Below, piece after piece: positions 34,954 through 45,500 of a stretch of 56,241 nucleotides of DNA. The stretch comes from a virus. Its lineage: Duplodnaviria > Caudoviricetes. Within the stretch, counting starts at the first letter, position 1, and each line of letters opens with the position of its first letter. The notes under the pieces are model-generated. The model saw only the letters and a program-made list of their open reading frames with translations. It was not told where the DNA came from and made no database searches. The stretch covers positions 1 to 56,241 of IMG/VR virus record IMGVR_UViG_3300038825_000174; one strand, 5' to 3'. Both the position numbers and the translations under genes were made by a program.

Positions 34954-36983
34954 GACTAATACTAGACGTAGAAAATACTGTAACAAAACGTAATGACAAG
35001 CTACACTTAGATCCTTTTGAGAGTGGCAACAGTCTTGTTATGGTAGGTATGAAGACAGACAACTGGGAAAGGGTCGTGACATTTGATCATGCTCACGAGT
35101 TACCCACACAAAATGGTCATGCTATTGTACAAGAACAGTTAGATAAAGCTACTGTGCTTGTATGTCACAACGTATCACATGACTTGATATGGCTATGGGA
35201 GTCTGGATTCAAGTATGATGGTATTGTGTTTGACACTATGCTTGGTGAGTATGTATTACAACGTGGACAGAAACAACCTCTGTCGTTGGAGCAGTGTGCA
35301 GAACGTTACATGCTATCTAACAAGAAGCAGGACACGATGAAAGATTACTTCAAGAGTGGTGTGCCTGTATCAGAGATACCACACGATGAGTTATCAGAGT
35401 ATTTATTACATGACTTACGTGCTACATATGATCTGGCTGACAAGATACATCACAGACTTAGTAATGGTGATGCAGATCTTATGGACACAGTTACACACAC
35501 CAACATGGTTGCTGTTTGTCTATGTAAGATATATCAGCGTGGATTCAGTGTAGACCTGAAGAAGCTTGATGAAGTGCGTAAGGAGTTTGAGAAAGAGAAG
35601 GTGGGTATCTGGAATGATCTCAGCCAACAGGTTCGTGATCTTATGGGTGACAGACCTATCAATCTCAATAGTCCAGAGCAATTGTCATGGGTAATCTACA
35701 GCCGTAAACCAAAGGACAAGTCTATGTGGGCTAATTACTTTGAGCCTTACATGAGAAAGGATGCGTTTACAGATGCTGTCAATGATCATACGGACATTGT
35801 CTACAAGGTTACGGCTAGTACCTGCCCTGTATGCAGAGGACGTGGTAAGATTACAAAGATCAAGAAGGATGGCACACCATTCAAGAAACCAAACAAGTGT
35901 GTAAGGTGTGAAGAATCTGGTTGGGTGTACACACCACGACAGCAGATAGCAGGTCTTAGATTTACTGCACCCTCTGCCAAGTGGGTAAGTGCCAATGGCT
36001 TTAGTACAAACAAACTAAACCTTGAGATACTTGAACACTATGCCAAGCGTACAGGTAATACAAAGGCAGAGTTGTTTCTCAAGAATGTGCGTAGATTGTC
36101 TGCCTTAGATACATACCTATCTAGTTTTGTAGAGGGCATATCTACATACACTAAGCCTGATGGCAAACTACATGTTAGATTGCTACAGCATCGTACATCT
36201 ACAGGACGATTTAGTGGTGCAGATCCTAATATGCAGAACATGCCTAGAGGTGGTACGTTTCCTGTGAAGAAGATCTTTGTGTCACGTTGGGAAGGTGGCA
36301 AGATACTTGAAGCTGACTTTGCACAGCTAGAGTTTAGAACTGCAGCATATTTGTCACAGGACAAAGTTGCAATGCAGGAGATAAGTGAAGGCTTTGATGT
36401 GCATAGTTATACTGCAAAGGTTATCACGGATGCAGGACAGCCTACATCTAGGCAAGAAGCTAAAGCACATACCTTTGCTCCTCTGTATGGAGCTACAGGG
36501 TTTGGCAGATCTGAAGCAGAAGCTATGTATTACGAGCAGTTTGGTGACAAGTATAAGGGTGTGTCTGCATGGCACAAGAAGTTAGGCGATGAAGCTATTA
36601 ACACAGGACGTGTTGGTATTCCTTCAGGACGTTCCTTCTCTTTCCCTGATGTGGTACGTAAAGGTAATGGCACAGTTACATTCTTTACACAGATAAAGAA
36701 CTATCCTGTGCAAGCGTTTGCTACTGCAGACATTGTGCCACTAATTCTTATTACGATTGATAGTATGCTCGTGCCTTTACAGAGTTGTATTGTAAATACT
36801 GTGCATGATTCAATAGTGATTGACGTTCACCCTGACGAGGTGGACATGGTATTACAAGTAGTAGAGAGTATAAATAGTAACATGAAATCTATCATTGATA
36901 CACGTTGGAATATAGACTTTAATGTACCTTTGAAATTAGATGCAAAAATAGGTGACAACTGGCTTGACACTAAAGATGTATGA
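34950..36983 (+). CDS. polA: DNA polymerase family A with 3'-5' exonuclease and DnaJ-like zinc-finger insertion
   Basis: Exo DVE, HN..HD and YL.HD; TSTGRFS, motif A DFAQLEFR, motif B KAHTFAPLYG, NYPVQ, motif C VHDS; CPVCRGRG...CVRCEESG. Confidence 0.95.
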   Translation: MRLILDVENTVTKRNDKLHLDPFESGNSLVMVGMKTDNWERVVTFDHAHELPTQNGHAIVQEQLDKATVLVCHNVSHDLIWLWESGFKYDGIVFDTMLGEYVLQRGQKQPLSLEQCAERYMLSNKKQDTMKDYFKSGVPVSEIPHDELSEYLLHDLRATYDLADKIHHRLSNGDADLMDTVTHTNMVAVCLCKIYQRGFSVDLKKLDEVRKEFEKEKVGIWNDLSQQVRDLMGDRPINLNSPEQLSWVIYSRKPKDKSMWANYFEPYMRKDAFTDAVNDHTDIVYKVTASTCPVCRGRGKITKIKKDGTPFKKPNKCVRCEESGWVYTPRQQIAGLRFTAPSAKWVSANGFSTNKLNLEILEHYAKRTGNTKAELFLKNVRRLSALDTYLSSFVEGISTYTKPDGKLHVRLLQHRTSTGRFSGADPNMQNMPRGGTFPVKKIFVSRWEGGKILEADFAQLEFRTAAYLSQDKVAMQEISEGFDVHSYTAKVITDAGQPTSRQEAKAHTFAPLYGATGFGRSEAEAMYYEQFGDKYKGVSAWHKKLGDEAINTGRVGIPSGRSFSFPDVVRKGNGTVTFFTQIKNYPVQAFATADIVPLILITIDSMLVPLQSCIVNTVHDSIVIDVHPDEVDMVLQVVESINSNMKSIIDTRWNIDFNVPLKLDAKIGDNWLDTKDV

Positions 36984-36992
36984 TGGTATAAC
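36964..36992 (+). promoter_or_regulatory. Sigma70-like promoter
   Basis: TTGACA-N17-TATAAC. Confidence 0.65.
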
Positions 36993-37026
36993 TATAACAC
37001 TTTTTTAAATTATAAGGAGAATATAT

Positions 37027-37935
37027 ATGAATGAAATAGTAACAATAAATGGAAACTTTGACGATATGGCTAAAGCTATGGGGATGGCAGAACCTGTGGG
37101 TACTGAGATCTCTAAGAAGTCTGCTAGTTCTTTGGCTAGACTAAAGCTTAGTCATACACCCATCATGGGTACGACAGAAATCAATGGCAAGACAGTGAAT
37201 GTTGAAACCATACCATCTGGTGCTTATAAAGTAGAAGTGCCTGACGATGGTCAGTACTATCAGTCTGACATTGAGATCAGACCTTTCATGCAAAGGTATA
37301 TGTATAAAAGGTTTATCAAGGGCAATGATAGCACACCCAATCGTTATGTTAAGACAGTAATGTCTGACAACCTTAACGTTGATCTAAAGGATAACGATGG
37401 TGGCTTCAACTGTGGCAAACCTGCAGGATATATACAGGACTTTGCTTCTCTGCCTGACAAGCAGAAGGAACTGATCAGACAGATCAAACGAGTCAGAGTC
37501 ATACTAGGACTTGCTAAGTTTGATAAGGCTCTCAAAGTTGAGGGTGACTACAGCAGTGAAGCTGATCTAGGTTATGTACCTTTCATATGGGAAGTGGATA
37601 ATCGTGAAGCATTCAAAACTGTAGGGGATGTCTTTGTAAAGCTCTCCAAGATGAAGAGACTACCAGTTAATCACACTGTGTACGCTTCATCTGAAGAGAG
37701 AAAACTACCGAATGGTAACAGCTATTATGTGCCAAGCACAAGGCTAGACCTTACCAATAAGGTAGAGACATCTGACAAAGATCAGGAACTCTTTGGTGAT
37801 CTTCTGTCTTGGGTTACTAACTACAACCAGTACATCATGAATCAGTGGGATGAGAATGTTCATTCCAAAGAGGACATTGATCCTGCTGTTGTGGAAACTT
37901 TCATCGACATTACAAGTGAAGAGAAAGTTCAGTAA
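37027..37935 (+). CDS. Putative ssDNA-binding/recombination protein
   Basis: Position after the polymerase, own promoter, strong RBS, acidic C-terminus. Confidence 0.45.
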   Translation: MNEIVTINGNFDDMAKAMGMAEPVGTEISKKSASSLARLKLSHTPIMGTTEINGKTVNVETIPSGAYKVEVPDDGQYYQSDIEIRPFMQRYMYKRFIKGNDSTPNRYVKTVMSDNLNVDLKDNDGGFNCGKPAGYIQDFASLPDKQKELIRQIKRVRVILGLAKFDKALKVEGDYSSEADLGYVPFIWEVDNREAFKTVGDVFVKLSKMKRLPVNHTVYASSEERKLPNGNSYYVPSTRLDLTNKVETSDKDQELFGDLLSWVTNYNQYIMNQWDENVHSKEDIDPAVVETFIDITSEEKVQ

Positions 37936-37937
37936 CC

Positions 37938-38801
37938 ATGAATCACAAGGCAGAACTTAAACTGCACCGATTCCTAGACCAAGCTACTGACGGTAAGAAG
38001 GTGTTGTCTGATGCAAACATTGATAAGATTTGTGATGACATAAAAGAAGCCTTACACCGTCAGTTTGGCTCTAAAAATACTAGGAAAGAGTTCAGACTTA
38101 GGATGTCTAACATAGGCAAGCCTACCTGTCAGCTTTGGTTTGAGAAAAACAAACCAAAGGAAGCACTACCTTTTCCTAACAACTTTGTAATGAACATGAT
38201 GTTAGGGGACATAGTTGAGTCTGTGTTCAAGGGATTGCTTAGACAGGCAGGTGTAGCCTTTGAGGATTCTAAGAAAGTGTCTATGGATCTAACTATAGAT
38301 TCTAATATAGAGGGGACATATGACATAATCATGGACGATGCAGTTGACGATATTAAGTCTGCATCTGATTGGTCATACAGGAATAAGTTTGAATCATTTG
38401 ATACTCTTGCTAATGGTGATGCATTTGGTTATGTAGGACAGTTAGCAGGGTATGCACAGGCTTTGAATAAGAAAGCAGGTGGATGGTGGGTAATAAATAA
38501 ATCTAATGGTAGCTTTAAATATGTACCTGCCACTGGTTTAGACTTGACAAAAGAAGTAGATAAACTATCTGATAATGTAAGCGTAGTGCAGAGTAACAAG
38601 TTCAAAAGATGTTTTGATGCAGTTGAAGAAACATTCAGAGGTAAGCCTACAGGAAATAAAATCTTAGGAACGACATGCTCATTCTGTAGATTTAAACATT
38701 CTTGTTGGACTAACTTGCAGGAGCTACCTTCTCTGGTATCTCAGGCAAAAGAACCAAAGATTGTTTCATATGTTGAAATAAGAAAGGAGAAACTTATATG
38801 A
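37938..38801 (+). CDS. PD-(D/E)XK (Cas4/RecB-like) exonuclease
   Basis: RMSNIGKP.CQLW, G.YD...DDIKS, YVGQL.GY, C..C....C. Confidence 0.75.
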   Translation: MNHKAELKLHRFLDQATDGKKVLSDANIDKICDDIKEALHRQFGSKNTRKEFRLRMSNIGKPTCQLWFEKNKPKEALPFPNNFVMNMMLGDIVESVFKGLLRQAGVAFEDSKKVSMDLTIDSNIEGTYDIIMDDAVDDIKSASDWSYRNKFESFDTLANGDAFGYVGQLAGYAQALNKKAGGWWVINKSNGSFKYVPATGLDLTKEVDKLSDNVSVVQSNKFKRCFDAVEETFRGKPTGNKILGTTCSFCRFKHSCWTNLQELPSLVSQAKEPKIVSYVEIRKEKLI

Positions 38802-39001
38802 CAAACAAAGAACCTACACTAGAGGAGATGGCTGAACAGATCTCCGATTTACAAACACAGCTTTCAGAAATGAAGAAAGCATATAATGATAAAAAGTATG
38901 CTGCCTATAATGCTGCAAAAGAAGCATACCTTGCAGAAGCAAAAGCTCTGTATGGTGATAGGCATGTTCCTCTGTCGAGGACATACTCTGTTTGGTGGTA
39001 G
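38798..39001 (+). CDS. Small coiled-coil protein
   Basis: AAGGAG RBS; helical. Confidence 0.55.
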   Translation: MTNKEPTLEEMAEQISDLQTQLSEMKKAYNDKKYAAYNAAKEAYLAEAKALYGDRHVPLSRTYSVWW

Positions 39002-39466
39002 GTGTTATACACTTCTAAACAGTACAAGGTAGCACGTAAGTTAGGCTATCGTAGTGGACTTGAGGTTAAGCTTTCAGAGTTTCTTGATGAACTAAAAGTA
39101 AAATATATTTACGAGGGCATCAAGATAGAATGGGAAGACTTGGCTTACAGACATTACACACCTGACTTTGTGCTACCTAATGGTATTATAGTAGAAACAA
39201 AAGGACTCTTCACCGTAGAAGATAGAAGAAAACACATATGTATTAAGAAACAGCACCCTAAATTAGACATACGTTTTGTGTTTACAAGTAGTAAAAGAAA
39301 GATTAAGAAAGGCTCTAAGACTAGCTATGGAGATTGGTGTGAAAAGAATCAGTTCCTCTATCATGATAGAATTATACCAGAGCCTTGGCTTAAAGAACGT
39401 AAAAAGAAACCACTTCCTGAACTCATAGAGTTTCCAAGGAAAAAGATTATAAGGAGTTTTAAATGA
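39002..39466 (+). CDS. Endonuclease I (T7 gp3-like Holliday junction resolvase)
   Basis: YRSGLE, YTPDF.LPNGI.VETKG, DR.KH, DIRFVF. Confidence 0.9.
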   Translation: MLYTSKQYKVARKLGYRSGLEVKLSEFLDELKVKYIYEGIKIEWEDLAYRHYTPDFVLPNGIIVETKGLFTVEDRRKHICIKKQHPKLDIRFVFTSSKRKIKKGSKTSYGDWCEKNQFLYHDRIIPEPWLKERKKKPLPELIEFPRKKIIRSFK

Positions 39467-39831
39467 CACAAGACGGATTTAAAGATTTACATTTCAAATT
39501 AGATGACCAAGACATTCTAATAAGAATGCAACCTATACTAGATCACCAGAACAATTGGACAGGTGATGTTAACTTACAAGTTATAGATTCAATTGCGAAT
39601 CCTCTATCTGATAGAGACTTTAATGATATAATGTTTTTTGCTCGTATGACACTCGTAAGTATTGATCTACTTAGATCTGATGAAGATCATGCTAAGAAAG
39701 TGTATGAGATAGTTAGATCAGAGATGGAAGCACCAAAAGAAAAGCCACCAGTTGCAATTACCAGTAGACAAGGTAATGTAATTAAGGTAGACTTCAGAGC
39801 AATGAAAGAGAAACTAAATGGGAGTGCATGA
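39463..39831 (+). CDS. Hypothetical protein
   Basis: AGGAG RBS; C-terminal GNVIKVDF. Confidence 0.6.
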   Translation: MTQDGFKDLHFKLDDQDILIRMQPILDHQNNWTGDVNLQVIDSIANPLSDRDFNDIMFFARMTLVSIDLLRSDEDHAKKVYEIVRSEMEAPKEKPPVAITSRQGNVIKVDFRAMKEKLNGSA

Positions 39832-40129
39832 TATGGCAAAATGGGATATAGATTGTAAGGATAAAGATATGGTAAACAATCCACCACACTACAACAAGTA
39901 TGGTGTTGAGTGCATAGAAGCTATTCAGTCAGCTACAGGTGAAGGATATGAGTATTATTTGCAGGGTAATATTATTAAGTATCTATGGAGATACCGATAC
40001 AAGAATGGTGTGCAAGATCTTGAGAAAGCACAGTGGTATCTCAATAAGCTTATAGAAGTAAAAAAGGCTAGTAAAGATTCTACTGATGTCTATACTAGCT
40101 TTGGTATAGAGTTGGACAATGGTTGTTAA
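39818..40129 (+). CDS. DUF3310 / T7 gp1.7-like putative nucleotide kinase
   Basis: VNNPPHY...ECIEAI...GNIIKYLWRY..KNG..DL.KA.WYL. Confidence 0.8.
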   Translation: MGVHDMAKWDIDCKDKDMVNNPPHYNKYGVECIEAIQSATGEGYEYYLQGNIIKYLWRYRYKNGVQDLEKAQWYLNKLIEVKKASKDSTDVYTSFGIELDNGC

Positions 40130-40280
40130 AGTATATCTCACTCTTGATCTAGATAAAGATGAGTACCCTGTTCCTGCTGACGGTGATCCTAGTGAAGAGA
40201 TACAGCAAGCCTTAGAAGAGTTTATCTATGATATTGATGGACTAAAAGTAAAACACATTCGAATAACATTGGAGGATTAA
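40119..40280 (+). CDS. Small acidic hypothetical protein (53 aa)
   Basis: Read manually: MVVKVYLTLDLDKDEYPVPADGDPSEEIQQALEEFIYDIDGLKVKHIRITLED. Confidence 0.55.
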   Translation: MVVKVYLTLDLDKDEYPVPADGDPSEEIQQALEEFIYDIDGLKVKHIRITLED

Positions 40281-40281
40281 C

Positions 40282-42168
40282 ATGAATGATTATCAAAAAT
40301 TTATTGCAATATCTAGATATGCTAGATGGATTGATGAAGAGAACAGAAGAGAAACATGGGAAGAAACTGTACAAAGATATGTGGACTACATTACTGAGAA
40401 AGTAAAAGGACACTTACCTAAACCACAGATTATTGATGCTATAACTAACTTAGAAGTTATGCCCTCTATGAGAGCCTTGATGACAGCAGGACCTGCACTT
40501 GAGAGAGATAATACAGCAGGGTATAACTGTAGCTATCTGCCTGTCGATGATCCAAAAGCTTTTGATGAAGCCATGTATATATTATTATGTGGCACAGGTG
40601 TTGGCTTCTCTGTAGAAAGACAATATGTAAGTCAGCTACCAGAGATACCACAAAGCTTAGATCATGTTGACACTGTAATAAAAGTACAAGATAGCAAAGA
40701 AGGATGGGCAAGAGCCTTACGTAAGCTCATAGGGCATCTATACATGGGTGAAGTTCCTATGTGGGACATGTCAAATGTAAGACCTGCAGGTGCTAGACTC
40801 AAAGTATTTGGTGGTAGAGCTAGTGGTCCTGCACCTCTAATTGATTTATTTAGCTTTACTGTTGCTTTGTTTCGACAGAATGCAGGTCGTAAGCTATCTA
40901 GCTACGATTGTCATAATCTTATGTGTAAGGTTGGGGAAGTTGTAGTCTCTGGTGGTGTACGTAGATCAGCCATGATTAGTTTATCTAACCTATCTGATGG
41001 ACGCATGAGACATGCCAAGTCTGGCAAGTGGTGGGAGACAGCACCACAGATGGCTCTATCAAACAACTCTGTTGTCTACACTGACAAGCCTGATGGAGAA
41101 ACTTTCTTACGTGAGTGGACATCTCTTGTTGAATCTAAGTCAGGTGAACGTGGTATATTTAATAGAATATCTGCAAAGGAACAGGCAAAGAAGTTTGGCA
41201 GAAGAGATGCCGATCATGAGTTCGGTTGTAATCCTTGCAGTGAGATCATACTCAGACCCTATCAGTTCTGCAATCTTACAGAGGTTGTAATACGAGAGAA
41301 AGATAAGTTTGATGATTTGAAGAGAAAGGTTATGCTTGCCACTATACTTGGCACAGCACAGGCTACACTCACTAAGTTCCCATACTTGCGAAAGATATGG
41401 CAGAAGAATACTGAAGAGGAAAGACTCTTGGGAGTTAGCCTTACAGGTATTATGGATAATGAATTAACGAATGGAAAGAAACATGGACTTGAAAAAACCC
41501 TTGAAGCACTCAGAGAAATCGCAGTTGAAACAAACAAAGAATGGTCAGCAATCTTTGGAATCCCACAAAGCACAGCAATCACCTGCGTCAAACCCAGTGG
41601 CACAGTATCACAGCTTGTGGACTCAAGCAGTGGTATCCACCCTCGTCATAGCAGTTATTATATTAGGACTGTCAGGGGGGATAATAAAGATCCTCTTACT
41701 AACTTCATGAAGGATAGTGGTATACCAAGTGAAGCTGACTTCATGAAACCTGATACACAAACTGTATTTAGTTTTCCTATGAAGTCACCTAAGAAATCTG
41801 TAGTGAGAAACGACATGACAGCTATCGAACAGCTAGAGATGTGGCTTCTCTATCAGAGACATTGGTGTGAGCATAAGCCTTCTGTTACTGTGTCAGTGCG
41901 TGATGAAGAGTGGATGGAAGTAGGTGCATTTGTATTCAAACACTTTGACGAGATGTCAGGTGTTTCTTTCTTACCACACTCCGATCATACTTATCAACAA
42001 GCACCCTATCAGGACTGTACAGAAGCTGTATACAATGATTTTAGCAGTAAGTTCACTCATATTGATTGGAATAAGTTTACGGATTATGAAAAAGAGGATA
42101 ACACTAATTCTTCTCAGACCTTTGCCTGTTCTGGTGACAGTTGTGAGATAGTGGACATAGGAGCTTAG
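40282..42168 (+). CDS. nrdJ: Class II (adenosylcobalamin-dependent) ribonucleotide reductase
   Basis: PSMR, YNCS, GTGVG, GGVRRSA, NPCSEI, TCVKPSGT and C-terminal ACSGDSCEI; no beta subunit gene. Confidence 0.9.
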   Translation: MNDYQKFIAISRYARWIDEENRRETWEETVQRYVDYITEKVKGHLPKPQIIDAITNLEVMPSMRALMTAGPALERDNTAGYNCSYLPVDDPKAFDEAMYILLCGTGVGFSVERQYVSQLPEIPQSLDHVDTVIKVQDSKEGWARALRKLIGHLYMGEVPMWDMSNVRPAGARLKVFGGRASGPAPLIDLFSFTVALFRQNAGRKLSSYDCHNLMCKVGEVVVSGGVRRSAMISLSNLSDGRMRHAKSGKWWETAPQMALSNNSVVYTDKPDGETFLREWTSLVESKSGERGIFNRISAKEQAKKFGRRDADHEFGCNPCSEIILRPYQFCNLTEVVIREKDKFDDLKRKVMLATILGTAQATLTKFPYLRKIWQKNTEEERLLGVSLTGIMDNELTNGKKHGLEKTLEALREIAVETNKEWSAIFGIPQSTAITCVKPSGTVSQLVDSSSGIHPRHSSYYIRTVRGDNKDPLTNFMKDSGIPSEADFMKPDTQTVFSFPMKSPKKSVVRNDMTAIEQLEMWLLYQRHWCEHKPSVTVSVRDEEWMEVGAFVFKHFDEMSGVSFLPHSDHTYQQAPYQDCTEAVYNDFSSKFTHIDWNKFTDYEKEDNTNSSQTFACSGDSCEIVDIGA

Positions 42169-42169
42169 T

Positions 42170-42469
42170 ATGAGACACTTATCTAGAAAGGAAAGAGGAT
42201 TAGGTAAACATGATGCACCACTGAAGATACAGTGGATGAAAGGTTACGATGCATTTGTTTATGGAAAGATTCGCAACCCCTATAGTTCCGACACTATGTT
42301 ATATAGAGAGTGGGAACGTGGCTTTAACACAGCCTATTATGATAACATACATAGAGGACGAGATGGAATTAGAAAAAGAAGCAAAGGCTTTCATGGACAG
42401 AAGAAGCAGAGAACCCAAGACAATGTTCGAACTTCTAACAGAGATGAATTACAAACTAAAAGAGTGTGA
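42170..42469 (+). CDS. Small protein with a ribosome-modulation-factor-like motif
   Basis: GYDAF...NPY......EWERG pattern; GGAG RBS. Confidence 0.45.
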   Translation: MRHLSRKERGLGKHDAPLKIQWMKGYDAFVYGKIRNPYSSDTMLYREWERGFNTAYYDNIHRGRDGIRKRSKGFHGQKKQRTQDNVRTSNRDELQTKRV

Positions 42470-42539
42470 GAACGGCATTAGAGATATTAATGACTCTTTG
42501 AAAAAACTACGGAGACTCTTTCCCATAGAGAAAAAGTAG
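42249..42539 (+). CDS. Small coiled-coil protein (probable start at internal MELEKE); last gene of the + arm
   Basis: GAGGA RBS before MELEKEAK; overlaps the convergent ORF by 33 nt. Confidence 0.45.
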   Translation: MHLFMERFATPIVPTLCYIESGNVALTQPIMITYIEDEMELEKEAKAFMDRRSREPKTMFELLTEMNYKLKECENGIRDINDSLKKLRRLFPIEKK

Positions 42540-45500
42540 TTGTAAATCTTGTAGCTTTAGATTCTTCAAAGCTTGCTCTTTGTCATCTGCACTTAAATCC
42601 TCAAACTCAGGTAAAGCTCTCTCTAGATATTCACTTGTGAAATCAAAGGGAGATCTTTCCTCTTCTTCCACAAATCTAAACCATCCCTTTGACCTCTGGT
42701 TCTTTGATAGTCTTCTGTAGTCAGTCATAGACTGATACTCTAATACCTTTTGTGGATCATCTAGTGCCACAAGACTATCAGTTGGATTTCTAAAAAGATC
42801 TATCTGATCTTTAATATATTTCTTCACATTATCTTTTATATACTTTTCTTTGCTGATACCTGTGTCTATCAGCCCAAGTATTCTACCACCACCTATCTGA
42901 GATAACTCTCTCTGGTTAGCATCATACATGCTACCCCATAATGCTTCTAGTTCAGTGGCTTCTTCTACTATGGATGGTAGGTTCTCCCTGATTGACTTGT
43001 TCTCAAAGTTTCTTACGGTTGGTATTCTAGATCTACTACTCACATCCCACTTATCAAATCCCAAAGACTTTAATTTTTTACCCTCTTCACTATCAGCAGT
43101 GTACATGTTAAGACCCAGTGCAACCTTGGCTAGTGGTGCAACACGTCTTCTTTCTTCTTGGAAAGGATCTTCTTTTTTAGGCAATGCACTCTCATCTACC
43201 ACTGCTCCAAAAGGATCATACTTTCTAAATGGCTTAACAAAGCCCTCTATGAATGCATCTGTACCACTCACAATCTCAGGATCTTTGGCTGTTTCTTTGT
43301 ATGCAAGCCCTCTCATGCCTAATGCTCTTTGTGTATCTAGCACCTGATTCAAAGGCACAGCAAATGTAGATAAGTAATCTCCTAATATCTGTCCTGAGTT
43401 TCTTCCCCACCATTCATCATTGGTCAAGTCCTGCTCATTGAACAAAGATGCAGCTTCATCTACTAGATTACCTGCCACACCAGTTCTGAAGCTAGTTCCT
43501 AGGAATGTCTCAGCCCACTCTCTTCTATCAAATGTCTGAAAGAATGCTTCTTTACCACCAGATAGCCAATCAGTCTGCTCAGAAGCTCTATAGTATTCAT
43601 TTAATATCTTGCCCAAGAAGAAGAACTGTCTAAGAGGAAATAGTGGTGTTACATCCAGAACTGTACCATCACCTACAGGTACAAGTTTATAGTCCTCTCC
43701 TTGTTGGTCAGTTTCCTGTAGCATCATAGATGCAGCCATGACACCCAATGCACCTGTTGTGTTACGTGCTATCATACGATGCTCTCTTGCTGTTAGACCA
43801 TCTCCAAATCTCTTTGCTCCATATCCTGTAAGACCGTATATTCTTCTTGTTAATGGCATGAAAGCACCTACAGAGTTCTCAGCCATTAGTTCCATGCTCT
43901 TTGCCATAAATCTAGGGAACGGTATGATTACTGTAAGATTGTTTTTTGTTATAAAGTTAGCAAAGGCTTTACCAAATGGTGACTCAGGTGGGTTAGCATA
44001 AGTTAAATCTAAGGCTCTTTCGGTGGCTTCTGCAAATATCTCTGTTGCTGTTACACCTAATTGATCTTTGCCATCTACCACCTTAAAAGTAGGATTAAGA
44101 TCTCTAGCATCATTCATTAGATCATCTAGTCTGCCACTGTTTAGTACCTCTATTAGATCTATATCCCACTTCTGTCTGAACAGACGCTGTGCTTCACCCA
44201 TAAATATACCACGTCTTAGCATAAAGTCTTGCCAACGATTTGGTTTGTTAAGTAACTGTGTAAAATCTTCTGCCTTTGATATAAGCTTATCAAAAGTAGT
44301 ATCACTACCTCTACCTGTGGCTAGTTGTATCTCGTTAATTGTGTTAAACATTCTGTCAGAAAAATCTTGTAGCTTTGGGTGGGCTACCAGATCAGGATTA
44401 TCAGGATCACCTAATAAAATATCTGTAAATTCTTTTGCTGTCTTTCTGTCAGAGTATATGTATCGCATACCTGCAAAGCTATCAGTCCATGTAGTTTTCT
44501 TTATCAATCTATTCTTACCACTAAAGAAGTTACCATTGGCTATATCCATAGTGGCTGTTTCTATTATATTATTTAATGCTTCTACAGGAGTACGGAGTAG
44601 ACCTGACTCTAAGTTTCTGGCAGCAGTTGCTATCTGAGACACAAGAAGACCACGTCTTACATTCTCTACTCTTCTAAACCACTGAGCAGTTCTGTTCTGA
44701 TTCCTTAACATTTCATCTAACTCGTCTTGTTGCTTCTGACTCTTGGGCTTTACTCTCTTGGCTAACTGTGAATACTTATTTAGTATCTTACCTGCCTGAC
44801 TTGCAGAGCCTAGGTGCATGAGAGTGAAGTCTTCAAAGGACATACCTGCCTTATCTAGTGCATCAAACAAAGGATGATCTCCACGCAGTGTCAAGTCTCC
44901 TCTAGTGACAGAGTCAAATATGTTTTCCATAACTGACTTCTTTACTGTCACTCTTCTCTTCTTACCAGTTTTCTGATCTCTTATAGTTATCTTCTTTTTG
45001 TCTTTCCACATACTAGGATTGGCATCTCTTAGTTCTTTAGCCACGACTGTGAGAGCTTCAATGTTTTCAACCTTTAAAACTCTATCAAACAATTCGTTTA
45101 TATCATACTTGTCCTCTACCCCCTTTTCTATGTATATACTTTGGGGCATCCTTGGGTCTTGTCTGGTTGCTAACTTACTGTTTGCAGTGTCAACTTCATC
45201 TATCTTTTGTACAGATAAATTCTTTGCAGCTTCTAGCTTTGTTGGGTCTAGTATTCTCTTGCCACCCTTGACTGTGGTTATTGTTATATACCCACTATCT
45301 CCCCTGATAAAGTCTTTGTTTATGCCTAAATTATCTTCAAACTCTTCTACCAGTTCGTTGTGTATCTTTACCTCTGACTTTACAACCTCTTTGTTTTCTT
45401 TTATTTTCTTTTGCTTTACCTCTGTCTGCTTTGCCTTTATTTTCTGCACATTTTCACTAATCTTCTTTGCTTTCTTTACAGTTTCTTTTCCAACTTTTGC

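Noticed and set aside
34950-42168. Introns or inteins in the polymerase or RNR
   Set aside because: Both ORFs are continuous and of normal length, with no intein splice-junction motifs seen.
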